A DNA stretch of 64,000 nucleotides from NCBI RefSeq assembly GCF_003918875.1, contig NW_025767575.1, forward strand, positions 248,001-312,000, given 5' to 3'. Below the pieces are notes generated by a model. That model saw only the letters and a program-made list of their open reading frames with translations, had not been told where the DNA came from and made no database searches. This DNA is from Haliotis rubra (taxonomy: Eukaryota). Below, one piece after another: positions 39,400 through 50,398 of the stretch. How positions within the stretch are numbered: the stretch's first letter is position 1; every line of letters begins with the position of its first letter. A program made the position numbers and the translations under genes.

Positions 39400-40530
39400 A
39401 CACAGTGTAGTAACCAACACAATGTAGTAACCAACAAAGTGTAGTTACCAGCACAATATAGTACCCAGCACAATGTAGTAACCACCAGCACAATGTAGTA
39501 ACCAGCACAATGTAGTAACCACACAATGTAGTAACCAGCACAATGTAGTAACCAGCACAATGTAGTAACCAGCACAATGTAGTAACCAGCACAATGTAGT
39601 AACCAGCACAAAGTGCAAGTAACCAGCACAATGTAGTAGTAACCAGCATTAACCAGCACAATGTAGTAACCAACAACAACAGTGTAGTAACAATGTAGTA
39701 ACCAGCACAATGTAGTAACCAGCACAATGTAGTAACCAGCACAATGTAGTAACCAGCACAATGTAGTAACCAGCACAATGTAGTAACCAGCACAATGTAG
39801 TAACCAGCACAATGTAGTAACCAGCACAATGTAGTAACCAGCACAATGTAGTAACCAGCACAATGTAGTAACCAGCACAATGTAGTAACCAACACAGTGT
39901 AGTAACCAGCACAATGTAGTAACCAGCACAATGTAGTAACCAGCACAATGTAGTAACCAGCACAATGTAGTAACCAGCACAATGTAGTAACCAGCACAAT
40001 GTAGTAACCAGCACAATGTAGTAACCAGCACAATGTAGTAACCAACACAATGTAGTAACCAGCACAATGTAGTAACCAAGTAACCAACACAATGTAGTAA
40101 CCAGCACAATGTAGTAACCAACACAATGTAGTAACCAACACAATGTAGTAACCAGCACAATGTAGTAACCAGCACAATGTAGTAACCAGCACAATGTAGT
40201 AACCAGCACAATGTAGTAACCAGCACAATGTAGTAACCAACACAATGTAGTAACCAACCAGCACAACACAAGTAACCAAGCACAATGTAGTAACCAACAC
40301 AATGTAGTAACCAACACAATGTACACAATGTGGTAACCAACACAATGTAGTAACCAACACAATGTAGTAACAAATGTAGTAACCAACACAATGTAGTAAC
40401 CACACAATGTAGTAACCAAACACAATGTAGTAACCAATGTTGTAAGCACAATGTAGTAACCAACACAATGTAGTAACCAGCACAATGTAGTAACCAGCAC
40501 AATGTAGTAACCAGCACACTGTAGTACCAG
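39400..40530. repeat. Minisatellite, 17-bp unit
   Basis: CACAATGTAGTAACCAG repeated more than 55 times. Confidence 0.97.
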
Positions 40531-41147
40531 GCACAGTATAGGAACCAGTCTTCTCTGCAGCAAATGTCAACAGAAACTCACTGTTCTACTAGGAAGCTCA
40601 AGACAGCTGATAATGCACTTTAACCAAAGTGACTAATGATTGCAAGGTTTCCGGACTAACAGGGCTTTGAAGCATTAAAATAACACTGGTAACTTTATTT
40701 CACGCACCACCCTGAAACTAACCCAACCCAAGGAAACACTACACTCTGCCTAGTTTCCGGGTCTCCATTACATCCTCACTGCCATTCAGTCTTTTGATTG
40801 ATCCAAAAATCAGATCGACACCGCGACTAACGACTGAGTAATATGACACCTGTTGAGAGGTTCCGACGCTAGGGATGAGGACGAGGATGTGTATCACTAT
40901 TCAGGAATGTATTGTTCTCCCTCCAGGCTGCTGGGAAGGTACCATATGAATGGCAATATCAAATGTATATTTGGTCCTTAGTAGTAATACTGAACCATAA
41001 GTTGTCTTCTATTACCTATCTATGCCCACCATCTCACGTCGTATTACCAGTACCTGCTATACAACACGTCATGTAATCTGAACACTTGTTAGACATCACC
41101 GGGAAGTACCTTGCTGGCGACTTGAAATGCATGCCGCTGTCAATTAC

Positions 41148-41664
41148 GTCATACCTCTGTGGGCCATACCTCTGTGTAGGTCATACCTCTGTGTAGGTCG
41201 TACCTCTGTGTGGCCGTATCTCTGTGTAGGTCATACCTCTGTGTAGGCCATACCTCTCTGTAGGTCATACCTCTGTAGGTCGTACCTCTGTGTAGCCGTA
41301 CCTCTGTGTAGGTCGTACCTCTGTGTAGCCGTATCTCTGTGTAGGTCATACCTCTGTGTAGGTCGTACCTCTGTGTAGGCCATACCTCTGTGTAGGTCAT
41401 ACCGCTGTAGGTCGTACCTCTGTGTAGGTCGTACCTCTGTGTAGCCGTACCTCTGTGTAGGTCGTACCACTGTGTAGCCGTATCTCTGTGTAGGTCATAC
41501 CTCTGTGTAGGTCGTACCTCTGTGTAGGTCATACCTCTGTAGGTCATACCTCTGTGTAGGTCATACCTCTGTGTAGGTCATACCTCTGTGTGGGTCGTAC
41601 CTCTGTGAAGGTCGTACATCTGTAGGTCGTACCTCTATGTAGGTCGTACCTCTGTGTAGGTCGT
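41148..41664. repeat. Minisatellite, 17-bp unit
   Basis: GTCATACCTCTGTGTAG repeated. Confidence 0.95.
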
Positions 41665-42410
41665 GCCCACTACAAGAAGTAGTTTCGGAGCAATTAGTTG
41701 TGTCTTCAGTTGCAGATCAACTCAGAATATCCTAGAATTGATTTCAGAGATGATGGTGAAGTCGGGATATGGGTTTGAAGGAAACTAACCAGATGTAACC
41801 TCCCAGGGGGTGACACATTGCTGGCCAGGGAATACATTTACAGGATTACTGTGGGGAAGATCTGGACTAATACATCCTTTTCGCCACATACCACATTCCT
41901 GCCAAAAGAAATAGTCGTCAAGCGGACTTTGTTTCAGCGAACAACACAAGGCTCCTCCTGGTTACACGTAGGACAATAAAAGAAACCACTCATGTCATCC
42001 TACTGGTGCTACGTTTTTCTGCCCAGTCCGGGACACTCTACAGAATCCATTGTGGTATCATAACCTGATCACTGCTGAAACAGGCTCGACAACTTAAACC
42101 GTGTTTCTTCTCTAGGACGTCTTCAAGTCTTCATCAAAGCAACAGGGTATTTCGGCATTAACGTTTTTATACTAAGTGTCGTTCCTGGGATTCTAACCCG
42201 TAATTTGCATCGTATTTGGTTATTGATTCTAAGCTCAAAGTCATGAAGTCAAACTACGACCGATTTAGAACAGTAAGGCCGCGTCCATATAGAGCTGCGG
42301 AATGTGTATGTAGTGTAGTAGTAGCGCCGCCACTCACAAACTCATTAAACATGCTGGTGGCCAAGGATGTCTGAATCTCCAGGTAAAGGTAATGCGTTCC
42401 CCATAACACC

Positions 42411-42660
42411 ATGCATCGTGTTCACAAGCAACGTGTTCACATGCATCGTTTTCACAAGCAACGTGTTCACAAGCATCGTGTTTACAAGAAACGTGTTCAC
42501 ATGCATCGTGTTCACAAGCATCGTGTTCACAAGAAACGTGTTCACAAGCATCGTGTTCACAAGCATCGTGTTCACATGCATCGTGTTCACAAGCAACGTG
42601 TTCACAAGCATCGTGTTGACAAGTGACGTGTTTATAAGCAATGTGTTCACAAGCGACGTG
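42411..42660. repeat. Minisatellite, 15-bp unit
   Basis: GCATCGTGTTCACAA repeated. Confidence 0.95.
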
Positions 42661-43649
42661 TCATAACCAGACCCGCAGTTCCTCGGTGTGTCTGAAATTT
42701 GAGAAAAACCATAAATGCGCTAGATGGAGATTTCATCAGATGGATCTAAATTGCACGAAATCAACATTGTCGTATCGGACTTAGCGTGATTCTTGTGTTG
42801 TCATGGTGATGAAGCCAACAAGTGAGGAGCGTCTGATAAGCATCCTTGTTTCCCCCACTGCGTGTTTACAGCTACTGAATATCGGCAGTGAAAATCCTCA
42901 CACCACCAAATGTGATCAACCAACATATGAAGGAATGACAGGTCTTAATGGATGATCAGCTTCTTTATTAACTGTGCAATACACGTAGATACTTGTACCG
43001 TTTTCAAGCTTCCCATTACTTACAACTTCTAGAATGCCTCTCAAACAGTTCACCATATGGAGCACTATAAGGGCGTGTTATAGTACGTATGTCTGTAAGA
43101 TATGCTGTAGTCATGTGGGGTGGGATGGGTAGTCCTTGTGTTGGATGTATAGGACCAATGGCTGGAGTATAGGAAGCAAGACCTATCTATCGGACCAATG
43201 ATCATGTTTATTTAGATCAAAGACTGTTGCTGTTGATCCATGAACTTGTGTATGATCAAAGGAATTCTATAAAGGAGCAGTAACCGTTGCATGTGATCAG
43301 TGGCGTGTGATCAAGACTGTTGAAAGATAAATGAAATTTACACAGGATGGATAACGCGCTAAAATCCCATTGTCAGCTAGAGAATAGCAGCACCAGAAGT
43401 CGGTGCCTATAGCCGATATATGACACTGTTGAAGGGTACTGAGAAAGAACTACCAAGGCGTTTAGAACGACTGACCCATGTGCTAGCAGGTCTTTCAGTA
43501 ATAACAGCCTGATACGAGTTGTGACGACACAGTGACCACGTGGCCGAGCATCAGTAAGGAGGCGGGGACCGATGGTATTGATGGTACATGAGAGTAGCCC
43601 GACACGGACTTACCGGCGGGACTGTACTTTTGTATGGAGACATGGTACT

Positions 43650-45080
43650 GCTGTAGACTTGCACGGAGATACGACGCTCTTGTAGACTAGTACGGAAATA
43701 TGCCACTCTTGTAGACTCTTGTAGACGTGCACGGAAATACAACACGCCTGTAGACTAGTACGGAAATATGCCGCTCTTGTAGTTTTGCACGGAGATGCGA
43801 CACTCTTGTAGACTAGCAAGGAGATACGGCACTTTTGTAGACGTGCACGGAAATACGCCGCTCTTGTAAACGTGCACGGAAATACGCCCCTCTTGCAGAA
43901 TAGCACGGGGATACACGGCCCTCTTGTAAACGTGCACGGAAATACGCCCCTCTTGCAGAATAGCACGGGGATACACGGCCCTCTTGTAAACGTGCACGGA
44001 AATACGCCCCTCTTGCAGAATAGCACGGGGATACACGGCCCTCTTGTAAACGTGCACGGGGAAATAAACGCACGGAAATACGCCCCTCTTGCAGAATAGC
44101 ACGGGGATACACGGCCCTCTTGTAAACGTGCGGAAATACGCCGCTCTTGTAAACGTGCACGGAAATACGCCGCTCTTGCAGAATAGCACGGGGATACACG
44201 GCCCTCTTGTAAACGTGCACGGAAATACGCCCCTCTTGCAGAATAGCACGGGGATACACGGCCCTCTTGTAAACGTGCACGGAAATACGCCGCTCTTGTA
44301 AACGTGCACGGAAATACGCCCCTCTTGCAGAATAGCACGGGGATACACGGCCCTCTTGTAAACGTGCACGGAAATACGCCCCTCTTGCAGAATAGCACGG
44401 GGATACACGGCCCTCTTTGTAAACGATGCACGGAAATACGCCGCTCTTGTAAACGTGCACGGAAATACGCCGCTCTTGCAGAATAGCACGGGGATACACG
44501 GCCCTCTTGTAAACGTGCACGGAAATACGCCCCTCTTGCAGAATAGCACGGGGATACACGGCCCTCTTGTAAACGTGCACGGAAATACGCCGCTCTTGTA
44601 AACGTGCACGGAAATACGCCCCTCTTGCAGAATAGCACGGGATACACGGCCCTCTTGTAAACGTGCACGGAAATACGCCCCTCTTGCAGAATAGCACGGG
44701 GATACGGCCCTCTTGTAAACGTGCACGGAAATACGCCGCTCTTGTAAACGTGCACGGAAATACGCCCCTCTTGCAGAATAGCACGGGGATACACGGCCCT
44801 CTTGTAAACGTGCACGGAAATACGCCCCTCTTGTAAACGTGCACGGAAATACGCCGCTCTTGCAGAATAGCACGGGGATACACGGCCCTGTTGTAAACGT
44901 GCACGGAAATACGCCCCTCTTGCAGAATAGCACGGGGATACACGGCCCTGTTGTAGACGTGCACGGAAATACGCCCCTCTTGCAGAATAGCACGGGGATA
45001 CACGGCCCTCTTGTAAACGTGCACGGAAATACGCCACTGTGTCGACGTGCACGGAGATACGGCACTCGTGTAGACAAGCA
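43650..45080. repeat. Minisatellite with 29-bp and 31-bp monomers forming 60-bp higher-order units
   Basis: CTCTTGTAAACGTGCACGGAAATACGCCC alternating with CTCTTGCAGAATAGCACGGGGATACACGGCC. Confidence 0.95.
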
Positions 45081-46030
45081 CGGACGGAATACGTACACAG
45101 GTAGGTGGCTCTACAATGTCTCTTAATTCAGTGATGACATACAGTGTTTGGCAGGAGGAGTGGCCAGGCTCTCGGGGCTGTATTCTAATGGCGTAATTTC
45201 TGTCTCTGGCAAAATCACAGGTAATGTGCATTAAACTATTTTTTCTAAACATTATGTTACTGGTGGAAAATATGATATCCTCCGTATGTAAGCCCGGTGT
45301 TTTATACGGGAGAAATGGCAGTCTCATCAACGGTATGGTCCAGTAATATTCTCTGCCACCTTCAGGAAATGTCAAGTATTTTTTGACGAACTAAACCTCT
45401 TTTAAAATGCTTGCAGTCGGCTCTTTATGATAATACATGTATAATGAAATTAGAGAAAGCTGCATTTTACACATTTGATGATTTTAGATAAAATTACGCA
45501 TTTGAGAAAAAGACACTTTAAATTGTGATTCTTTAAAAACTGATGACTTCGACCAATTCGGTCAGAGATTCCCAATTGATATGCATTGAGAACAATACCG
45601 AACTCAAAATCGCGTGCAGTTTCACATATAGGTTAAAGAAAGTAACGGATTCACAATAAAATAGGTGTCACAATTATTGCTATCTTATACCATTAGTGAG
45701 ATTGTAAATAGTCTAACATTGTAACATATACATCTGACTGAGATTTGCATTATAGTCCGTTTGAAGCGGACCGATGAATTGCTATCTAACTCGAAAAATG
45801 GAACAGCCAGGTGTACGCGAAGCACGTGCACAATTCAACAAAGTTATTGATTCATTTACCCGTGCTGTGCCGTCTCAATCCTTCCTCGCACACCTGGCTG
45901 TTCCTCTCTTGAACTCCTCCCTCGTAACAAATAGTGAACTGGGTCAATACTTTAATGATAGTTTGTTAAACAACCTTATTATTTTTAGGACATAAATTCT
46001 ACAAAAAACCCACAGAGTTGGTCTTATGTT

Positions 46031-46429
46031 AGTAGTGTACAGCGTCACCCTGGGGTATTTTTCAAGATGGCGGCATATCCGGCGTGTGCGTGCGCATCGC
46101 GATGGCGTCACTTCCGGTTCCGGCGTGCGCGCGCATCCCGATGATATCACCTCCGGCCAAGATGGACGCCCTGTTCAAGATGGCGGCCCATCCGGTGGGA
46201 TCTCGCGGGGTCTCGTGGGATCTCGCGGAGTCTCGCGGGATCTCGCGAGAGTGGACACAATTCAAGATGGCGGACGGACGGAACGGACGGGAAGGAGAGA
46301 GGGAGGGAGGGAGGGAGGGAGAGTGGTGAGAGGACGATGGCGTGTCTAGAGAAGTGTGTGGTTCAAGCTTTGTCACTCAGGTTTTCTTTCGAGCCGGATG
46401 GGTGGCCCTGAAAAGAGCCGTTGGCATGG
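46031..46429 (+). repeat. Left terminal inverted repeat of the Polinton-like element
   Basis: Reverse complement of 53366-53740 apart from one divergent internal block. Confidence 0.93.
46383..46424 (-). terminator. Histone-mRNA-type 3' stem-loop plus HDE-like element in the left TIR
   Basis: Minus strand CCAAC-GGCTCTTTTCAGGGCC-ACCCA-TCCGGCTC-GAAAGAAA; hairpin at 46404-46419. Confidence 0.85.
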
Positions 46430-46439
46430 CAAGGCATGT

Positions 46440-46893
46440 TTAACACCGGCATAGCAGATCAAGGCCTCGGAAGATAAATTTCCCTGGGCAGACATCATCA
46501 TGTAGGTGGTGCGCTCCCTTCCTGATCCCTTCCCCACAGTAGACACACGTAAAACACGGAGCTCCTGGGACTACATCGAAGCGATTGGAGGGAAAGGCTT
46601 TGAAGCAGGTAGGGCCATTTTGACGACCATTTTGGTAGGCTTTCAGATGTAGCTGCCGTTGGTGGTGGTGGTCGGGCTACCGTTTCTGCTGACGTTGTTG
46701 GTGGTGGGGCTGCCGCTGCTTCTGCTGCCGTTGTCGGTATCAGTACCGGTTCTGATGCTGTTGTACCCTCTTCCATTTTGATACCGGTCTTCACTTGCAA
46801 GCTTGGGCTACATCGTAGACATTGCTTTCTACCGCAGTTATTTCGGTAAGGTGTTGGTAGGATGACTTCAACTCGTCTGTGTCCATGTTGCAT
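46440..46893 (-). pseudogene. Element terminal gene: Thr/Pro/Ala-rich region and a probable frameshifted C-terminal C2HC zinc finger
   Basis: ORF 46498-46893 downstream of TATA at 46924-46931; the adjacent frame reads CVYCGEGIRKGAHHLHDDVC and stops at 46440-46442. Confidence 0.45.
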
Positions 46894-47021
46894 CGAGATA
46901 GCCCTTACTTACAAATGCTGGAGTTTATATAGGCGACGAGACATCGATGACGTGTCGTCGATGACGTGGCACTGATGACGTCATGGTCGCACGTGAGGGT
47001 GGTGACGTGGCACCGGTGACG

Positions 47022-47312
47022 TCATGGTCGAGCGTGAGGCGTTGGCGCCGCCATGGCCTTTGATTGGCTGATTGTTTGCAAAAGTGTTCTAGTGGGTGCT
47101 GTGGGGTACAACTGCTTTAAGGAAGGTCTTTGTTTGGAGGAGGAAGCAGAGGGAGGAGCACTTAGCCTTTCGTACAACCGTTGCACACCCGATCCATGTT
47201 GTTTGGTGGGATCACGACCCATGGTGGTCAGGAGTGTTTTACGGATCGGTTTAAACAACCCTGTGGCAACAACACGTTTGCGGGGCCGGGCCTGTTTCCG
47301 TCTGTCTCTCAT
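47022..47312 (-). CDS. Small basic (Arg/Lys-rich) protein of unknown function, element-encoded
   Basis: 96-aa ORF MRDRRKQARPRKR...; upstream ATAAATA and TCAGTT initiator-like motif. Confidence 0.45.
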   Translation of the reverse strand: MRDRRKQARPRKRVVATGLFKPIRKTLLTTMGRDPTKQHGSGVQRLYERLSAPPSASSSKQRPSLKQLYPTAPTRTLLQTISQSKAMAAPTPHARP

Positions 47313-47778
47313 GACAGCTCTGGGTCAACTGATGGTAGGGTAGACGGTCGGCTCTATTTATCACTACTTGGGAATGTAAACGGTGGTGGGGTTGCAAAAG
47401 AGATGAATACGTACACAGTGCTCTTTGGCCGTGGTAGGTTTCAAGTCCAGGAACAAATAGGAATAAGAGCCAAAGTGGCATCCTCATAGGCTTCCCGAAG
47501 GAACATGGTAAAGGGATGACGTAACGTGAGTGGGGTGACCATGGCCTCCACCAGGTCTGTCCCTGACATAGTCCCTGACATAGTCTCTGACATAGTGTCC
47601 TGACAGACGTCTTACCATCCTGCAAGTTACACCGGAAATTACCTCCAAGAGCTAAGATCCTTAAAGATATAGAAGACCCAACCCATTGAAATTGAATTTA
47701 CATTTCAGTGATGAACAAAACAGGTTATGAATGAACAATAATGCATCAACACTACATCAACAACAGTACATCAACAGA

Positions 47779-48900
47779 TCACCACCTGTTCAGGTGATCC
47801 TGAGGATTGCAGGTACAACAAGGCAAGAATTCCATTTGTCCTGCATGAAAATGATTTTCATCGTTAAACATGGGGATGTCGATGATGGCCTCTGGCTCCT
47901 CTGGAGTCATCACTGAAGTCATCACCAGATCCGTCTGCAGAGTCATCACTGGAGTCGTCTCAGGAGCCACCACTGGAGCCGACTGCTCTGTTTCCGTTGT
48001 GACAGGCATCGGGAGTAGATCATACAGTTGTTGAAGATCTGGAGGTAACTCGTCATGGGGCTAGCAGGACTGATCCCTTGACCCTTCTTGCTCTCTTCAA
48101 CAATAGCACGGCTGGCTTGTTGATCGTTCTCCCACAAAGCCATCAACTGTTTCTTGGGAGTCCTTGGTGCTTTGAGACTCTTAGGCTTTCGGGGTGCCTT
48201 GGCGATTGTTTTAGTGGGTGTCTTGGGAAGGGGTACCTTCTTGGTGGAGACCTTGGTGGGGGCCTTCTTCTTCTTCTTCTTCTTCTTCTTTGGAGAAGTC
48301 TTGGCAGGAGTGGCCTGGGGTGGGGGTGGGGGTGTTGGGCGTCATGTCTGTGACCTCTGGATCGTTGGAGAACAAGGGTAGAGTGCAGGTGGCACGTTGA
48401 AGATCGTAGCTGGGCGGGTAAGCCCAGAGTTTCACCTGGAGTTTGTCCAGCAGCTTGATATAGGACGACCATTCCTCAGACTTGAATACGATGTGTAACA
48501 GCTTGCTGAGGTAAGTCTCCCCTGCATTTTCCTTGGCATGTGCATTGTCGATACCCATGAGTACCAAGGGAACAGAGTTGGTGGCGCTGTCGGAGAGGAG
48601 CTGTAAGAGGTCTTGGTGATAAGACATCCAGTTATAATCTTCCTCAGTCAACTCACAGAAGCGACCCATCAACCCATACAGTGTCTCTGTTTCAGGATGA
48701 ATAACCTCCAGCTTGCTAATGATCGACGGTAACTTTTGTTCCATCACTCGGATCTGGTCCTGGAGATCCATGTGGTTGGTCTTGTACAACTGGTTTTGAG
48801 CCATCATGTTGTTGTGGAGATTGGCGATGTCAGAAGCCAGGTCCTTTGCTTGCGAATTCATGTTGACGAAAGTAGAAGGGAGGTTGCCTGGAAATGCCAT
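47779..48900 (-). pseudogene. Element gene: N-terminal helical/coiled-coil region, Lys/Pro-rich H1-tail-like region, acidic Thr-rich end; probable frameshifts
   Basis: MAFPGNLP... from 48900; after the C-run near 48320 another frame reads TPAKTSPKKKKKKKKKAPTKVSTKKVPLPKTPTK...RTPKKQLMALWEND; TATA at 49030-49039. Confidence 0.55.
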
Positions 48901-49078
48901 CTTTAGACTTAGTTGGTGCAACTGATGACCCACTCGACTGATCCTGCGTATCTCTCTTCTAGATACGTTGCTACCACAAAGAGCAGCGTGAACAACATGA
49001 CTACGAATAACGATTTGGCCAGAAACGCCTATATATATACACACAGAGTGGTGTCACGTGGGTCGTCCATGGATGACG

Positions 49079-49366
49079 TCACTGAGTCTCGAGACCCAGT
49101 AATGTCATGGCTTCTGTCTCTCCACATTCCTCCAAAGCTTTGCAGAAGAGGGAGTAAGCTCTGGGTCCACGTCTGGGAAGCATATCTAACAATTCTCTGA
49201 CACAGTCAAAGGATGTTCGAGGTTTTTCGATAATCTCTGCCTTCATGAAGATGGTAAGGACTTTAAACTCCATCAGTTTGTCGACCACAGCCTCGAGCTG
49301 CTTGATATCTAGCACGAGGGCGGAACGATTCTCCCTAAGCCTATCGCGGTGAATGGGTTCGATCAT
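49079..49366 (-). CDS. CARD-only protein (caspase-2/RAIDD-like CARD)
   Basis: Intact 95-aa ORF with CARD pattern HR..L..NR..LV...VVD.L....VLT..M..EI....T....RELLD.LP.RGP.AY..FC.AL.E.G; own TATA and two TGACGTCA upstream. Confidence 0.85.
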   Translation of the reverse strand: MIEPIHRDRLRENRSALVLDIKQLEAVVDKLMEFKVLTIFMKAEIIEKPRTSFDCVRELLDMLPRRGPRAYSLFCKALEECGETEAMTLLGLETQ

Positions 49367-49799
49367 TTTCTTTCTTAGATAATAGACTCTGGCAGAAACT
49401 CCTCTCTATATACACAGGGTCGTGATGACGTCATAGGGTGTGTGTGACGTCATGGGTGACCATGGCATCCACCACGTCTGATCCTAACAGGATAAAAAAA
49501 AGGGTTGAGGGTGACCATGGACTCCACCAGGTCTGGCCCCTGAACAGAGACGACTCAACACATTTCATTTGAAATAACATTGAATGGATGAACAATGCAA
49601 ACATGGTATCGCTTAAACATCATTAGATCAACAGTACATTTACAGAGCATGTCATGGGGTACAATAAAAGTCCATTTGTTTTTTTTATTCCCCATTCAAA
49701 AAACCCTTAGGGGGCATAAGCAGGAGGGGCCACCCCTTCAGGTCCATAGGACTGATAGTAGAACTGATGGCACTCCATCTTTGGCTGAGTCTCGGGCGT

Positions 49800-50280
49800 C
49801 ATGGTCGTGACCACTGAATCATAGGTTGGCGGCTTAAAAACTTTGTCAGTGATAAGAAGTCCTCATTGATGGGCTCTAAGTCCCACACTTGATTTCCCGG
49901 AACCTCGGAGGGGAATCCAAATATTCTGTCACTATGATGTTGTAATTGCCGATGATAGAAGGCAACTCCCTTGGCCAGGAGAAAGAAGGGAGGTCGTCTC
50001 GGGATGTGTTCTCTGGATCTTAGAATTCAGGCTTACAGACGACGTAACTGATACAAAAGTCCTCTTCGAAGATGCCCAAGTCCTTCACCTGATAATGCTC
50101 TTCCTGGAGGATTTCAAGGAGCCGCTCAGTGGCTGTATCCGATGTATCGAGGTATTCTGTCACCAAGATCTTGTGCTGATTGTTGATGAGAGAATCCTTG
50201 TACTTCTGTACTGCTTGCCAAACAATGGTGTAGGTAGGAGAGGAACAAGAAGAAAAAAAGGGTTTGCCTGGAGATGTCAT
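49800..50280 (-). pseudogene. Element gene of unknown function with an internally duplicated motif; premature stop
   Basis: ILVTEYLD...VKDLGIFEEDF then, past the stop at 50020, IIVTEYLD...VWDLEPINEDF; TATA at 50332-50338; minus-strand AATAAA near 49685. Confidence 0.5.
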
Positions 50281-50398
50281 CTTCAACGGCTGAGCTGGTG
50301 CGACTGATGACCCACTTGACTAATTCTGAGGTTTTATAGGCAGCAACAGCAGCGCGAGCTATGACGTCACTTCAAATCGCGTCACGATTTTTTTGGGT

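Noticed and set aside
42665-43545. Possible LTR/DIRS remnant (also 17700-18430 and 55130-55640)
   Set aside because: No paired repeat or protein motif that I could support.
39342-45375. 300-520-aa repetitive ORFs
   Set aside because: Translations of the 17-bp, 15-bp and 29/31-bp minisatellites.
46026-46376. ORFs inside the TIRs (mirrored at 53358-53704)
   Set aside because: GC-rich motif repeats produce open frames; they differ by indels between the two TIRs.
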